NCBI GenBank assembly: GCA_965222155.1
Contig: CBDCTH010000012.1
Coordinates: forward strand, 1,024,001 to 1,088,000
Length of the DNA: 64,000 nucleotides
Origin: Gammaproteobacteria bacterium
Lineage (GTDB): Bacteria; Pseudomonadota; Gammaproteobacteria; Eutrophobiales; Eutrophobiaceae
Direction of reading: 5' to 3'
Of this stretch, positions 50,968 through 60,631 are shown one piece after another. Numbering within the stretch: the first letter of the stretch is position 1; the number at the start of each line of letters is the position of its first letter. The notes beneath the pieces were generated by a model that saw only the letters and a list, made by a program, of their open reading frames with translations, ran no database searches and was not told the origin of the DNA. Position numbers and translations under genes: made by a program.

Positions 50968-51253
50968 TATGTTTTGTAAGCCCGCGCCACTGCTGCAGTA
51001 ACGGCCGCATGCGCCCCGGTCTCAAGCAACGTGCCGTGAGCGCTCAGGAGTTTGTCGAACTGCCATTTGAGCAATCGTTCTCGGCATTCAAGCGTATCGG
51101 ATTCACAAGTATGAGTTCGTCGTTATGACGCACTATTGCCATATTGCGGCTGATGCGCATCACAGCATTCATCTTCAGGCTGCCGCGGGCCATGTAAACG
51201 TCAGGCGCAATTTCTGAAATATCGTTGTGCGGGTAGGCGGGCGCAAAGGTCAT
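50968..51253 (-). pseudogene. DUF4336-like protein, internally deleted (copy 1)
   Basis: N-terminus MTFAPAYPH...RNMAIVR..L..VNPIRL joined to C-terminus LLSAHGTLLE. Confidence 0.6.
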
Positions 51254-51566
51254 TTTTGCTTGTTCGTATTGACGATCTGAGTTATTAAAACAATGGCAAT
51301 ACCGATTACTGTTATCCCAATTGCTGACACTGTATGATTTACATCACTTTCCAAGAAATAGGTCAGGGCGAACGCATACTTTAGAATCCGGGTTATCGTC
51401 ATTCCGGCGCAGGCCGAGTAGTGGCACATAGCCTGCCCCTGCAGGCTGTAAGCAGGGGGATGTGCCGTCAACGGAGCGTAGGATGCAAATCCAGTCGAAA
51501 AAGACGGTTCCTTATGGTAGAAGGTTGGTTTGTTAACTGGATTCCGGCCTGCGCCGGAATGACGAA
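51113..51566. repeat. Long direct repeat, copy 1 (copy 2 at 55598-56024)
   Basis: Near-identical apart from the 28-bp insert and about 2 SNPs. Confidence 0.9.
51430..51457. repeat. Palindromic micro-insertion (copy 2), absent from the duplicate at 55914
   Basis: GGCACAT[AGCCTGCCCCTGCAGGCTGTAAGCAGGG]GGATGTGCC vs GGCACATGGATGTGCC. Confidence 0.9.
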
Positions 51567-51567
51567 C

Positions 51568-51790
51568 CATGTAATTCAGGACATGTAATTCAGGACACCC
51601 ATATAATTCAGGACACCCATATAATTCAGGATACCCATGTAATTCAGGACACCCATGTAATTCAGGACACCCATGACCCATGTAATTCAGGACACCCATG
51701 TAATTCAGGACACCCATGTAATTCAGGACACCCATGTAATTCAGGACACCCATGTAATTCAGGACACCCATGTAATTCAGGACACCCATG
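51568..51790. repeat. 18-bp tandem array (CATGTAATTCAGGACACC) with 12 cores
   Basis: Direct count; two partial units; a single copy also at 53247-53265. Confidence 0.95.
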
Positions 51791-51837
51791 AAACATTGAT
51801 CGCCGGATTCCTGCTTGCGCAGGAATTGCTGTTTCCT

Positions 51838-52050
51838 TCCGCCACTCCCGAAGAAATCTGGGTCATCCTGTTCACGGTATACCAGCAGGTCTACAAGGGT
51901 AAACAGATCTATGGCGCCGTGGCGTATTTGCAGGCGGAGCAGGAAGTGGAAGTCTGTGCGCAATGGCAGGGCCTGTTCGTCGTCCGCACCACCGGCAGCA
52001 GCACGAGCATTATCAATGATGCGGGGTTTGTGCCCCGGGTGTTCGGCTGA
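51838..52050 (+). pseudogene. Internally deleted paralog of the 9648..10403 coiled-coil PD-(D/E)XK gene
   Basis: ATPEEIW.IL joined directly to YKG..IYGAVAYL...GLFVVR.TGSS.SIIN.AGF.PRVF. Confidence 0.75.
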
Positions 52051-52074
52051 TTGACGCGGAACACTCATAAAATA

Positions 52075-52285
52075 GGGACATGTTTACCCCTGTATGTGGC
52101 AAACAGGGGTTGAAACCTGACGTTGCTGAATCGTCTTCTCTTTTACCCCCGTCAATAAACTTCACATTCTCGATCACGTCGGCCAGGTGACGGAACCCGC
52201 GTAGCCAGCGCCAGTTCTTCTCCGCACACAATCCTAGCTTATAGACCATTGTCAGCAGGGTGGTGCGGCTGGGCAGGGACTGCAA
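52075..52285 (-). mobile_element. IS256-family transposase C-terminal remnant
   Basis: SRTTLLTMVYKLGLCAEKNWRWLRGFRHLADVIENVKFIDG. Confidence 0.75.
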
Positions 52286-52289
52286 TGTC

Positions 52290-52557
52290 ATCCATTTACC
52301 TATTGACATACACCCTTACCGATGTCGATGACAATACCATTGACGGCACCGGTGAAATAAACCGTAATACTGTCGGCAACCCGACCCCGGAGTTACGTGG
52401 CAGCCTGGGTTTGGACACATCACTCACCATAGGCGTGGTGAATGCGACAGACGAAGCCCCACCGTTTGTGGCCGTTTCTGGCAGCTATGACCCCCCGCAC
52501 CGGCGACCCGCGGGGAGGAGAATCTACGTAAAACTTGGAACAACGTCCGATTTTTAA
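52290..52557 (+). pseudogene. TonB-dependent receptor C-terminal fragments
   Basis: YLLTY...P.LRGSLGL / LTIGVVNATDEAPPFV...YDP...GRRIYVKL. Confidence 0.55.
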
Positions 52558-52607
52558 CCCGTATTCCTCTTTTCAGGCTCATTTCATGTTGAACAATGCT
52601 GTTTCTT

Positions 52608-52874
52608 TCAAAAAAGGTCCGCGTGTGTTCCCGTCCGGCGCAGGACCAGAGACCTGTCATCGATCTCGTAGATTAAAATCCAATCCGGGCCAACATGCGC
52701 ATCCCAGGCGTACTCATACTTCCCGGACAGTTTATAAGGCCTGGCGCTCGGCGGCATTGGCCGGCTGGTGGCCAGCACCTCGACAAATGCCTCGAGCTTT
52801 TGTAAATTCCAACCTCGTTTTTTGATCAGTCTGTAGTCTTTGAGAAAACGATTGGTATAGGAAATCTCCCGCAT
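52608..52874 (-). CDS. yafQ: YafQ/RelE family toxin
   Basis: F.KDY....KRG...L.G.Y....DAHV.PDWILIY......RTGTHADLF. Confidence 0.9.
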   Translation of the reverse strand: MREISYTNRFLKDYRLIKKRGWNLQKLEAFVEVLATSRPMPPSARPYKLSGKYEYAWDAHVGPDWILIYEIDDRSLVLRRTGTHADLF

Positions 52875-52876
52875 AT

Positions 52877-53146
52877 CTACCCGGCGTCACTCCGTGCATC
52901 AAGATCGGCGAAGAGCTCCCTGGTGGAGCTGAATCGCTGCAGGCCATTCGCGGGCTCCTCCAAGGCTGCAACGGTGTCGACATTGGGGATACGCGCCTCG
53001 AAAGGCAACCCGTTGCGCATGACCAACTGGCGCAACGCCATGCGGATAAACTCCGTGGGTTTCAGTCCAAGTTGAGCGAGTACGGCCTCGGCTTCAGCCT
53101 TCAGTTCCGGCTCCAGTCGGATTTGCATCTGTTCGGTTTTCATCAT
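52877..53146 (-). CDS. dinJ: DinJ/RelB family antitoxin
   Basis: IR.EPELKAEAEAVL..LGL....IR..L.Q.....GLPFE...PN..T..ALEE. Confidence 0.9.
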   Translation of the reverse strand: MMKTEQMQIRLEPELKAEAEAVLAQLGLKPTEFIRMALRQLVMRNGLPFEARIPNVDTVAALEEPANGLQRFSSTRELFADLDARSDAG

Positions 53147-53348
53147 GAGGATACCTCGTGTACGTTCTTACAGGGAACAGTCTAGGCGATCTTGCTACCA
53201 TTTGCAATACAATATTCAGGTTCGGTGTTGCCATTCTGAGAGTGTAAATTCAGGACACCCATGTATTTTACAATGGTGCGCAAGGCGTGAATGTGACGCG
53301 GTTGATTACCGGAAAGCAGGCGGTTGTTTTACGTTACATTTAGCCGAA

Positions 53349-54240
53349 TCAATGAATATGTTCATGCACCACAGTTTTTAATTCGTCTTCAAGAAGATTA
53401 GCCGCTTGTTTTAGCTGCGCAATAAACTTTCCGCCGACTTGGGCGGCGGCCGCCATTTGGATATCACCCGGCCTCAGACCTTTTAATACCTCAAGTACGC
53501 CCGCAGCCTGTTCCATATCTTTTCGGCTTTTTGCCGCCAGCGCCGCCGGCCGCCGTTGTGAAACAACCAGTTTATGCAGTGCAAAACGGGCAGGGTCGGG
53601 TATGCGTATCAGCAAACCTGAACCGACGGGGACGCAAGCAGGCTGGTTATCTCCGATCAAATAATCCAGGAAACGTACCGGCTCGGCGGCCACGTTCAGG
53701 CCTTTTATCATGACCGGTTTGTTTGATGGCCTGCCGCGCAGGGGCGTCAGCATCGATACGGTCAGGTTCTGGTTTCTTAATCCGAACCTGGTTGACGGCT
53801 GCCTCGAATCAAGACCGGGAACGGCGAGCACTCCTTTGTCCGCTTGCTGCAGTATCTCTTTAACATCCATTTCGATTGGAGGTGATGCAATGGTAATGGT
53901 CTGATCCTGAGCAATATCGATGTCTTGTGTTTGCCCCATGCTCCGTGTCCATTGCACACACAGCATATTGCCGATATGGAGAAAGGCATGCGTACCCACA
54001 ATGACCGCACCTGCTTCAAAGAGGCCGGATTGAGCCAGGACTTCATAGATGCGCCCTTCAGCAGGAGTTAATGTATGTAGTCCGGTTGCGACACATGTTG
54101 CAACGAGGCGTTCCCGTTCAATCCGATTTGGCTTGTCATCACGCTGTCTCTGGCTGGCCTTTTCTACCAGTTTACGGGTTTCCTCCGTATCCTTTCCGAT
54201 ATAGCAGGAACGTTTGTTCCTCCCTACGGTATATTGCAGG
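53349..54240 (-). pseudogene. GSU2403-like nucleotidyltransferase-fold gene, 5'-truncated by IS
   Basis: Frame open up to 54240; VGTHAF, TQDIDIA, PDPARFALHKL, KD..QA. Confidence 0.75.
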
Positions 54241-54427
54241 CAGCAATTCCCGCTAACGCCTGAGACGTACTGAAATCCTTATCAATACAGGGATTTTACA
54301 GGGGTTAAAAAAGTGTTCGTAAACGTTTCATGTTGATTCAGTCTAGTAGCAGGAATTAGTCAAGTCAAAGGTGACCCATCCTGTCCCGTCCTGCTCTGCG
54401 CAAGACCCTGAGCGCCCCCGGTTTGTC

Positions 54428-54518
54428 AGGATATTTGGGGTCAGAGTAAAAATACAGTCAGTTTGGCAAGTGGTAGTGGCTTGTTGTTGAGTATTTTTAC
54501 TCTGACCCCAAATATCCT
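54428..54518. repeat. 91-bp element with perfect 28-bp inverted arms inserted in the transposase
   Basis: AGGATATTTGGGGTCAGAGTAAAAATAC ... GTATTTTTACTCTGACCCCAAATATCCT. Confidence 0.85.
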
Positions 54519-54694
54519 TCAAGCTATCAACGATGACACGGTCGGTCGGGGTTTGACCCTGGCGGATTACCTGCTGTCGGGGTTGGCGGTGTTCGGCTTG
54601 ACGTATCCATCGTTGTTGCAGTTTGACCGGGGTCGGGAGGACGAGTTGGTGCGGTCGAATCTGCGGTCGTTATACGGGATAGGGCGGGCCCCAG

Positions 54695-54723
54695 AGCCTG
54701 CCCCTGTATGGCGTTGAGCAGGG
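54695..54723. repeat. Palindromic micro-insertion (copy 3)
   Basis: AGCCTGCCCCTGTATGGCGTTGAGCAGGG frameshifts the AP.DT motif of the transposase. Confidence 0.8.
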
Positions 54724-55516
54724 GGACACGGCCTTGCGGGCACGCGTGGACGCGCTGGCCCCCGCGGGGTTACGGCGTGCCTGCCGGCGGGTGGTTCAGG
54801 TGCTACAACGGGGCAAGCTGCTGGAAGACGTTCTCTGGTGGGGCGGTCACTACCTGTTGTCGGTGGATGGGACCGGGTAGTTTCAGTCGGACACGGTGCA
54901 TTGCGAGCAGTGCTGCGAGCGGCAGCACCGGGACGGGCGGGTGAGTTGGTATCATCAGTTAATACCCTGAAGCACCCAGGCGACCACGTTGAGCATACCC
55001 TCCAACACGGCTATCAGCACCTGTCCACGGTGCTGGCCTACCTGATGAGGCTGGCGTGTCTGATTGACCCGGTGCAGCAGCATTGCTGCGGGCTGTTTCA
55101 ACAGGGGGTGGCGAAGCGGGGCTGCAAGCGTGACGTCCGGGAGACACTGCGCAGCGTCTTCTGCACCTGGCTGGTGCCGGACTGGGAGACGTTGTATCGG
55201 GCCCTGGCCTACGGTGTATCGCCTACGGTGGTGGCGCCGTATGATACCGCTTGAGGACGGGCCGGGGTCGAGTAGTTCAAGGTGGGGGACTTCAGGGGAA
55301 GCCAAGCCACATCAACATAACCGGGGATAGCCGGCGGGTCGCGTATCCCCTGAGGGTCGGGTCACGGTGAAAAAAACGAACCTGACCCGACAATATAACC
55401 AGCTGATAAAGTTAACAGGAGCTGCTGGTCAACAACTAATATACTGTACGGTATATAATTTGTTGATATAAGATTGCAGAATTTATCCTGGCTCCCGAAC
55501 GGGGCCAGAGGAGTAA

Positions 55517-55738
55517 TTACTTTTTGTAGACCTGCTTTACTGCAGCCGTAACAGCGGCATGCACCCCGGTCTCAAGCAACGTGCCGTGGGCGCTCAGGAG
55601 TTCGTCGTTATGACGCACTATTGCCATATTGCGGCTGATGCGCATCACAGCATTCATCTTCAGGCTGCCGCGGGCCATGTAAACGTCAGGCGCAATTTCT
55701 GAAATATCGTTGTGCGGGTAGGCGGGCGCAAAGGTCAT
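55517..55738 (-). pseudogene. DUF4336-like protein, internally deleted (copy 2)
   Basis: Larger deletion than copy 1, joined at GAGTT microhomology. Confidence 0.6.
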
Positions 55739-56024
55739 TTTTGCTTGTTCGTATTGACGATCTGAGTTATTAAAACAATGGCAATACCGATTACTGTTAT
55801 CCCAATTGCTGACACTGTATGATTTACATCACTTTCCAAGAAATAGGTCAGGGCGAACGCATACTTTAGAATCCGGGTTATCGTCATTCCGGCGCAGGCC
55901 GAGTAGTGGCACATGGATGTGCCGTCAACGGAGCGTAGGATGCAAATCCAGTCGAAAAAGACGGTTCCTTATGGTAAAAGGTTAGTTTGTTAACTGGATT
56001 CCGGCCTGCGCCGGAATGACGAAC
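55598..56024. repeat. Long direct repeat, copy 2
   Basis: Matches 51113-51566. Confidence 0.9.
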
Positions 56025-56272
56025 TGAGTTATACAGCTGGTTTTCTATTCTTGACGGCCTGCGCCGGAATGACGAGATCAGGGCAACCAGGGCTTTCAAT
56101 TCAACTTTGATTTCATTACCGGTGATGACGTTCCAAGACGGGCATTCGTTGCGGGGGCAGTCAAGGGAGAGTCCCTGTATTTGATGTTCTATCAGGCAAC
56201 AAGCCTTTACTACTATGACAAATACCTGCAAGACGTGATGACCATGGCCGCTGGCATGAAATTAAATTAACA

Positions 56273-57076
56273 ATGAAAAGAGTTTTATACTTATTACTTT
56301 CGGCAGCTTTAATTTCAAACAACGTTTACGCGGAACAACGACTTAGGTTGGCCACGACCACCAGCACGGAAAATTCGGGTCTGCTGTCCCTGTTGCATCC
56401 GCCTTTTGAAGAGCGGCACAACGTCATGGTGGACGTGATCGCCGTCGGCACCGGCAAAGCCCTGCGCCTGGGCAGGAACGGTGACGTGGACCTGGTCATG
56501 GTCCATGCCCCTGCTGCGGAGCGGGAGTTCGTTAACAGTGGATTTGGCGTGGAACGCCTGACCGTCATGCACAATGATTTTATCCTGGTCGGTCCCGCTG
56601 CAGATGCGGCAGCCGTGAACGCGGCAAGTTCCCTGGCAGACGCCATGACGCGCATCGCACAATCCGCTACCGGTTTTATCTCGAGAGGGGATGATTCAGG
56701 GACCCACATGAAGGAAATGGCTCTCTGGCAGGCGGCTCGGATCAGTCCGGAGGGGGCATGGTATCTGTCTGTAGGACAGGGTATGGGCGCCGTATTGAAA
56801 ATCGCCGATGACAAGCTGGCGTACACACTGACCGACAGGGGGACGTACCTGGCATTTATCGGTAAAATAGAGTTGGCTATCGCCTATGAAGGCGCGGCGG
56901 AGTTACTGAATCCCTATCACGTTATCATCGTAAACCCCGAAAAACATCCCCATGTCCAAACGACTCTGGCGCAGAAATATGTGGACTTCATCCGGGGAGA
57001 GGAGGGCCAGCGTATTATTCGCGAATTCAGGATTTCAGGCGAGCAACTCTTCATCCCTGACGTTGTTTCTCCGTGA
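56273..57076 (+). CDS. tupA: Tungstate ABC transporter substrate-binding protein
   Basis: LATTTSTENSGLL, VGTGKAL, SRGDDSGTH.KE, YTLTDRGT, LLNPYHVI. Confidence 0.9.
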   Translation: MKRVLYLLLSAALISNNVYAEQRLRLATTTSTENSGLLSLLHPPFEERHNVMVDVIAVGTGKALRLGRNGDVDLVMVHAPAAEREFVNSGFGVERLTVMHNDFILVGPAADAAAVNAASSLADAMTRIAQSATGFISRGDDSGTHMKEMALWQAARISPEGAWYLSVGQGMGAVLKIADDKLAYTLTDRGTYLAFIGKIELAIAYEGAAELLNPYHVIIVNPEKHPHVQTTLAQKYVDFIRGEEGQRIIREFRISGEQLFIPDVVSP

Positions 57077-57081
57077 GAGAA

Positions 57082-58356
57082 TCAGGCACTTTGCTCCTTT
57101 TCCGGCGCCAGCGGGTCGCCCAGGTCCGTTTCATCCATCGCCTCGGCCACGATAACCTGTGAGGTCTGCATCATGACTGTCATGCCATGGGATTGCTCCT
57201 CAGCGGTAATGGGCGCTCGCACCGACATTCGGTACAGGGTGAACAGCGCCATGAACAGATAAACCAGGGCCACGAAGTAATACAGGCTGCCCGGACCGAA
57301 GAACTTCATCATCTGGGTACTGAGTATGGGACCTGTTAACCCACCGATTCCGTTTATGAAAATAATGCAGCCGCTGGCCGACAGGATTTGTTCGTTGCGT
57401 ACGTGGTCGTTGATGTGGGACAGGCACACCGAATAAAAACACAAGACCACCCCGCCCACCAGGAACAACAGGCCGGCCAGCAGCCACAGGTTGCCCAGGC
57501 GCGCGGCAAACGGCACGAACAGGCTTGCACCGGCAGCCAGGACTGATAATAACAGCAAGGTATGACGGCGTTCCTGGCGATCAGACAACCTGCCGACCGG
57601 CAGCAATAACACCAATCCTCCGAACATCAGGATGCCTACCAGCAAGGCGCTTTCGGCAACGGAAAAACCACTCTGGTTGCCGAATACCGCGGTTAACCAC
57701 ATCACTGCGCCGAAGGTAAGTCCCTGGACAAAGACACCCATGGCTCCCAGAGGAGTCAGCCTGATCAGCCTGCTTAGCTCAAGGTGCTCCGCGTACGCGA
57801 TCGCAGGGGCGGAAATATTACTCAGCAACATGGGCACGATAGCGATGGACAGCACCACGGAGGCAAGGATAAATAACTCGAAACTCAGGGGGGAGGCCAG
57901 ATTTATCAGGAATTGTCCGCCAGTGAAGCCAAGGGTGATAGTGAACATGTAGGCAGCCAGCAGGCGTCCCCGATTGTCGTTGCCGGTGATGGCGTTCAGC
58001 CAGCTTTCCGAGACCATGAACAGGCCGGACAGACAAAAGCCGGTGAGCATTCGGAACAGGAACCACATCACCGGGTTTATAACGGCAGAGTGCAACAGGA
58101 TAGCTACGGACGCTATCGAAGCCAGCGCGGCAAACACGCGGATATGTCCCACCTGTTTCACCCACCTGGGCACAACCCGGGCGCCCAGGAGGAAACCGAC
58201 GTAATAGGCGGACATGATGAGTCCGATAGTGTCCACAGCAAAGTCTTCCAGGGATGCCCTGATCCCCAGCAGCGTGCCTTGCATGCCGCTACACACGGAA
58301 ATCAATGCAACGCCGAACAGCAGGCTCCAAACCAGTATAATCTGTGGTTTTTTCAT
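57082..58356 (-). CDS. MFS transporter (YcaD-like)
   Basis: VGHIRVFAA, ESWLN, G.LSD...RR; about 12 TM segments. Confidence 0.88.
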   Translation of the reverse strand: MKKPQIILVWSLLFGVALISVCSGMQGTLLGIRASLEDFAVDTIGLIMSAYYVGFLLGARVVPRWVKQVGHIRVFAALASIASVAILLHSAVINPVMWFLFRMLTGFCLSGLFMVSESWLNAITGNDNRGRLLAAYMFTITLGFTGGQFLINLASPLSFELFILASVVLSIAIVPMLLSNISAPAIAYAEHLELSRLIRLTPLGAMGVFVQGLTFGAVMWLTAVFGNQSGFSVAESALLVGILMFGGLVLLLPVGRLSDRQERRHTLLLLSVLAAGASLFVPFAARLGNLWLLAGLLFLVGGVVLCFYSVCLSHINDHVRNEQILSASGCIIFINGIGGLTGPILSTQMMKFFGPGSLYYFVALVYLFMALFTLYRMSVRAPITAEEQSHGMTVMMQTSQVIVAEAMDETDLGDPLAPEKEQSA

Positions 58357-58559
58357 TTGCTGACCTGTATGTTTCAAGAGTGATTGCCCGATTAATCTGC
58401 TTCGATAAGTTCAAGGGTGGTTTCTGTTACCTGTTCACCGGCAAGTGGCGCGATTGTCCGCTAATTTTATAGATAGTCAAGCACAATCAATGGGTAGCTT
58501 TACGGTGTGTTCGGGGTTATAGTGTTGCGGGGGAAAAACTCACAACAATCAGATATATA

Positions 58560-60116
58560 GTGCTATCCCGCAAGCAATACGACAGCCGTTATACGGTCGG
58601 ACAGGACAACGTCCGCATCTTCAGGATGGAGTTACATAACCCGGTATTTTTTATCACTGCATTTCTCACCATCAGTTTTGTTGTAGGGACGTTGTCGTTC
58701 CCCCAGTATGCCAAAATCATACTTGAGCAGGCAAAGAACTGGTCCATTGAAAATTTCCATTGGCTGGTGATTATTTCGGGCAATTTCTTTGTCTTCTTCT
58801 GCATGATGCTGATCGTGCTACCTTGCGGCAAAATACGGCTGGGTGGAGAAGCGGCGAAACCCGAGTTTTCCAGACCATCCTGGTTTTCCATGCTGTTTGC
58901 CGCCGGGATGGGCATCGGTCTGATGTTCTGGTGCGTCGCCGAGCCGGTTGCCTACTACACGAACTGGGCCGGTACGCCGTTAAATGTACAGCCACATTCG
59001 CCTGAAGCTGCTGCCGTCGCGATGGGAGCGTCGCTGTATCATTGGGGATTGCATCCCTGGGCTATCTTTGCTGTGGTGGCACTGTCCCTGGCCTTCTTTT
59101 CTTTCAATAAAGGGTTACCATTGGCGCCCCGCTCTATCTTCTATCCGTTGTTCGGCGAACACTGCTGGCGCTGGCCGGGCCATCTCATTGATATGGTGGC
59201 TGTCTTCGCTACCATTTTCGGTCTGGCCACTTCCCTTGGACTGGGAGCAAAACAGGCCACCGGGGGACTACACTCCGTATTCGGCGTTGACAACGGCTTG
59301 ACGACACAGTTGATGCTTATCGCCGTGATCACGACAATAGCAATTATCTCGGTCATGCGCGGCCTGGATCGGGGTGTCAAGGTATTGAGCAACTTCAATA
59401 TACTGGTTGCCTTGCTGCTCCTGGTGTTCGTTATCAGCGCCGGCCCCACCTTGTCGGCTCTTTCCGGTATCGGTGAGAATCTTTCACATTATCTGACGTA
59501 CTTCATCCCCTTGAGCGACTGGGTCAGCCGGGAGGACGAGGTATGGTACAAGAGCTGGACCGTGTTCTACTGGGCCTGGTGGATATCCTGGTCGCCTTTT
59601 GTCGGCCTATTTATCGCGCGTATTTCCAGGGGCCGTACAGTCAGGGAATTTGTGACGGCTGTATTGTTATTGCCGACCCTGGTCAGTGCCATCTGGATGT
59701 CGGTTTTTGGCGGCATTGCACTGGACCAGGTCCAGCTCGGTATAGGTGAGTTGACCAACGGCATTGATGATCCCTCCCTGGCGCTCTTCCACATGCTGGG
59801 AAACCTGCCGTTTACAACCATGGCATCACTGGTTGCAGTGGTACTGGTGCTGACTTTTTTTATTACCTCAGCCGATTCCGGCTCCCTGGTCGTGGACATT
59901 ATCACCGCCGGGGGACGGCTTGATACTCCCCGTTACCAGCGCGCTTTCTGGGCGATACTGCTGGGTCTGATTGCGGCGGCCTTGCTCATCGGCGGCGGCA
60001 GCGACGCCTTGAGCGCGTTACAAGCCGGCACCATCACCATGGCCGTGCCGTTTACCGTGGTGCTACTCCTTTCCTGCCTGTGCCTGGTACTGGGCCTGTT
60101 GTCTGAGTCCTATTGA
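58560..60116 (+). CDS. BCCT family betaine/choline/carnitine transporter
   Basis: SWFSMLFAAGMGIGLMFW, HWGLHPWA, WTVFYWAWWISWSPFVGLFIARISRGRTVREF. Confidence 0.95.
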   Translation: MLSRKQYDSRYTVGQDNVRIFRMELHNPVFFITAFLTISFVVGTLSFPQYAKIILEQAKNWSIENFHWLVIISGNFFVFFCMMLIVLPCGKIRLGGEAAKPEFSRPSWFSMLFAAGMGIGLMFWCVAEPVAYYTNWAGTPLNVQPHSPEAAAVAMGASLYHWGLHPWAIFAVVALSLAFFSFNKGLPLAPRSIFYPLFGEHCWRWPGHLIDMVAVFATIFGLATSLGLGAKQATGGLHSVFGVDNGLTTQLMLIAVITTIAIISVMRGLDRGVKVLSNFNILVALLLLVFVISAGPTLSALSGIGENLSHYLTYFIPLSDWVSREDEVWYKSWTVFYWAWWISWSPFVGLFIARISRGRTVREFVTAVLLLPTLVSAIWMSVFGGIALDQVQLGIGELTNGIDDPSLALFHMLGNLPFTTMASLVAVVLVLTFFITSADSGSLVVDIITAGGRLDTPRYQRAFWAILLGLIAAALLIGGGSDALSALQAGTITMAVPFTVVLLLSCLCLVLGLLSESY

Positions 60117-60166
60117 TGGGGAGCGGTTGACGGCGTTGGCAGTTCAATTACCTTATGGAAGTACTG

Positions 60167-60379
60167 ATGAAGTACGAAATCGTCCTTCGCAAATCTGATG
60201 GAGGCAATAGCGTTTCAGTGCCTGGCCTGCCAGGTTATTGGTTGCAGGGAGAGACGGAAGATGAGGCGATTGCAAATATTGAGACGGCGATATGTGAATA
60301 TCTTGATGCCAAGGAGATTGACTTGTTCCCCATTTGTGGTACATTATCTGTTAATGAAAAAGGAGGTGTCCATGGCTAA
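60167..60379 (+). CDS. hicB: HicB-like antitoxin, orphan (possibly degraded)
   Basis: VSVPGLPG...QGETEDEAIANI..AI.EYL; no hicA adjacent. Confidence 0.7.
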   Translation: MKYEIVLRKSDGGNSVSVPGLPGYWLQGETEDEAIANIETAICEYLDAKEIDLFPICGTLSVNEKGGVHG

Positions 60380-60629
60380 GACAGAAACAATCCGTGCCCG
60401 TGTTGAACCGCGGTTGAAGTGCCAGGCCGAAGAGGTCTTCTCGGAGATCGGGCTGTCGCCAACCGAAGCGATTACGCTGTTTTATACGCAGGTAACCCTG
60501 CACCAGGGTTTACCGTTCGTCGTGAAGGTTCCCAATGCCGAGACCATCGAAGCGCTACGTCAGGCACGCTCAAGAGAGGGGCTTACTGAATACACCGACC
60601 TGGACGACCTCAAAGTCAGGCACGGCTAA
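60372..60629 (+). CDS. dinJ: DinJ/RelB family antitoxin
   Basis: IRARVEP.LK.QAE.VF..IGLS.TEAI.LFY.QV....GLPF.VK.PNAET. Confidence 0.9.
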   Translation: MAKTETIRARVEPRLKCQAEEVFSEIGLSPTEAITLFYTQVTLHQGLPFVVKVPNAETIEALRQARSREGLTEYTDLDDLKVRHG

Positions 60630-60631
60630 TT

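Larger units (their letters stand above)
54241..55485 (+). mobile_element. Degenerate DDE IS element (transposase with stops, frameshifts and an internal deletion)
   Basis: End CAGCAATTCC; RKTLSAPGL, NLRSLYGI.RAP.DT, LQRGKLLE...YLLSVDGTG, HCEQC...YHQ, NTLK..G...EH..HG. Confidence 0.75.

Noticed and set aside
51568-51790. Possible CRISPR array
   Set aside because: Units are contiguous 18-mers with no unique spacers, and no cas genes are present
51250-52068. 272-aa ORF with MGVLNY/GCPELH repeats
   Set aside because: Chimera of antisense pseudogene, tandem array, REP element and a membrane-protein tail
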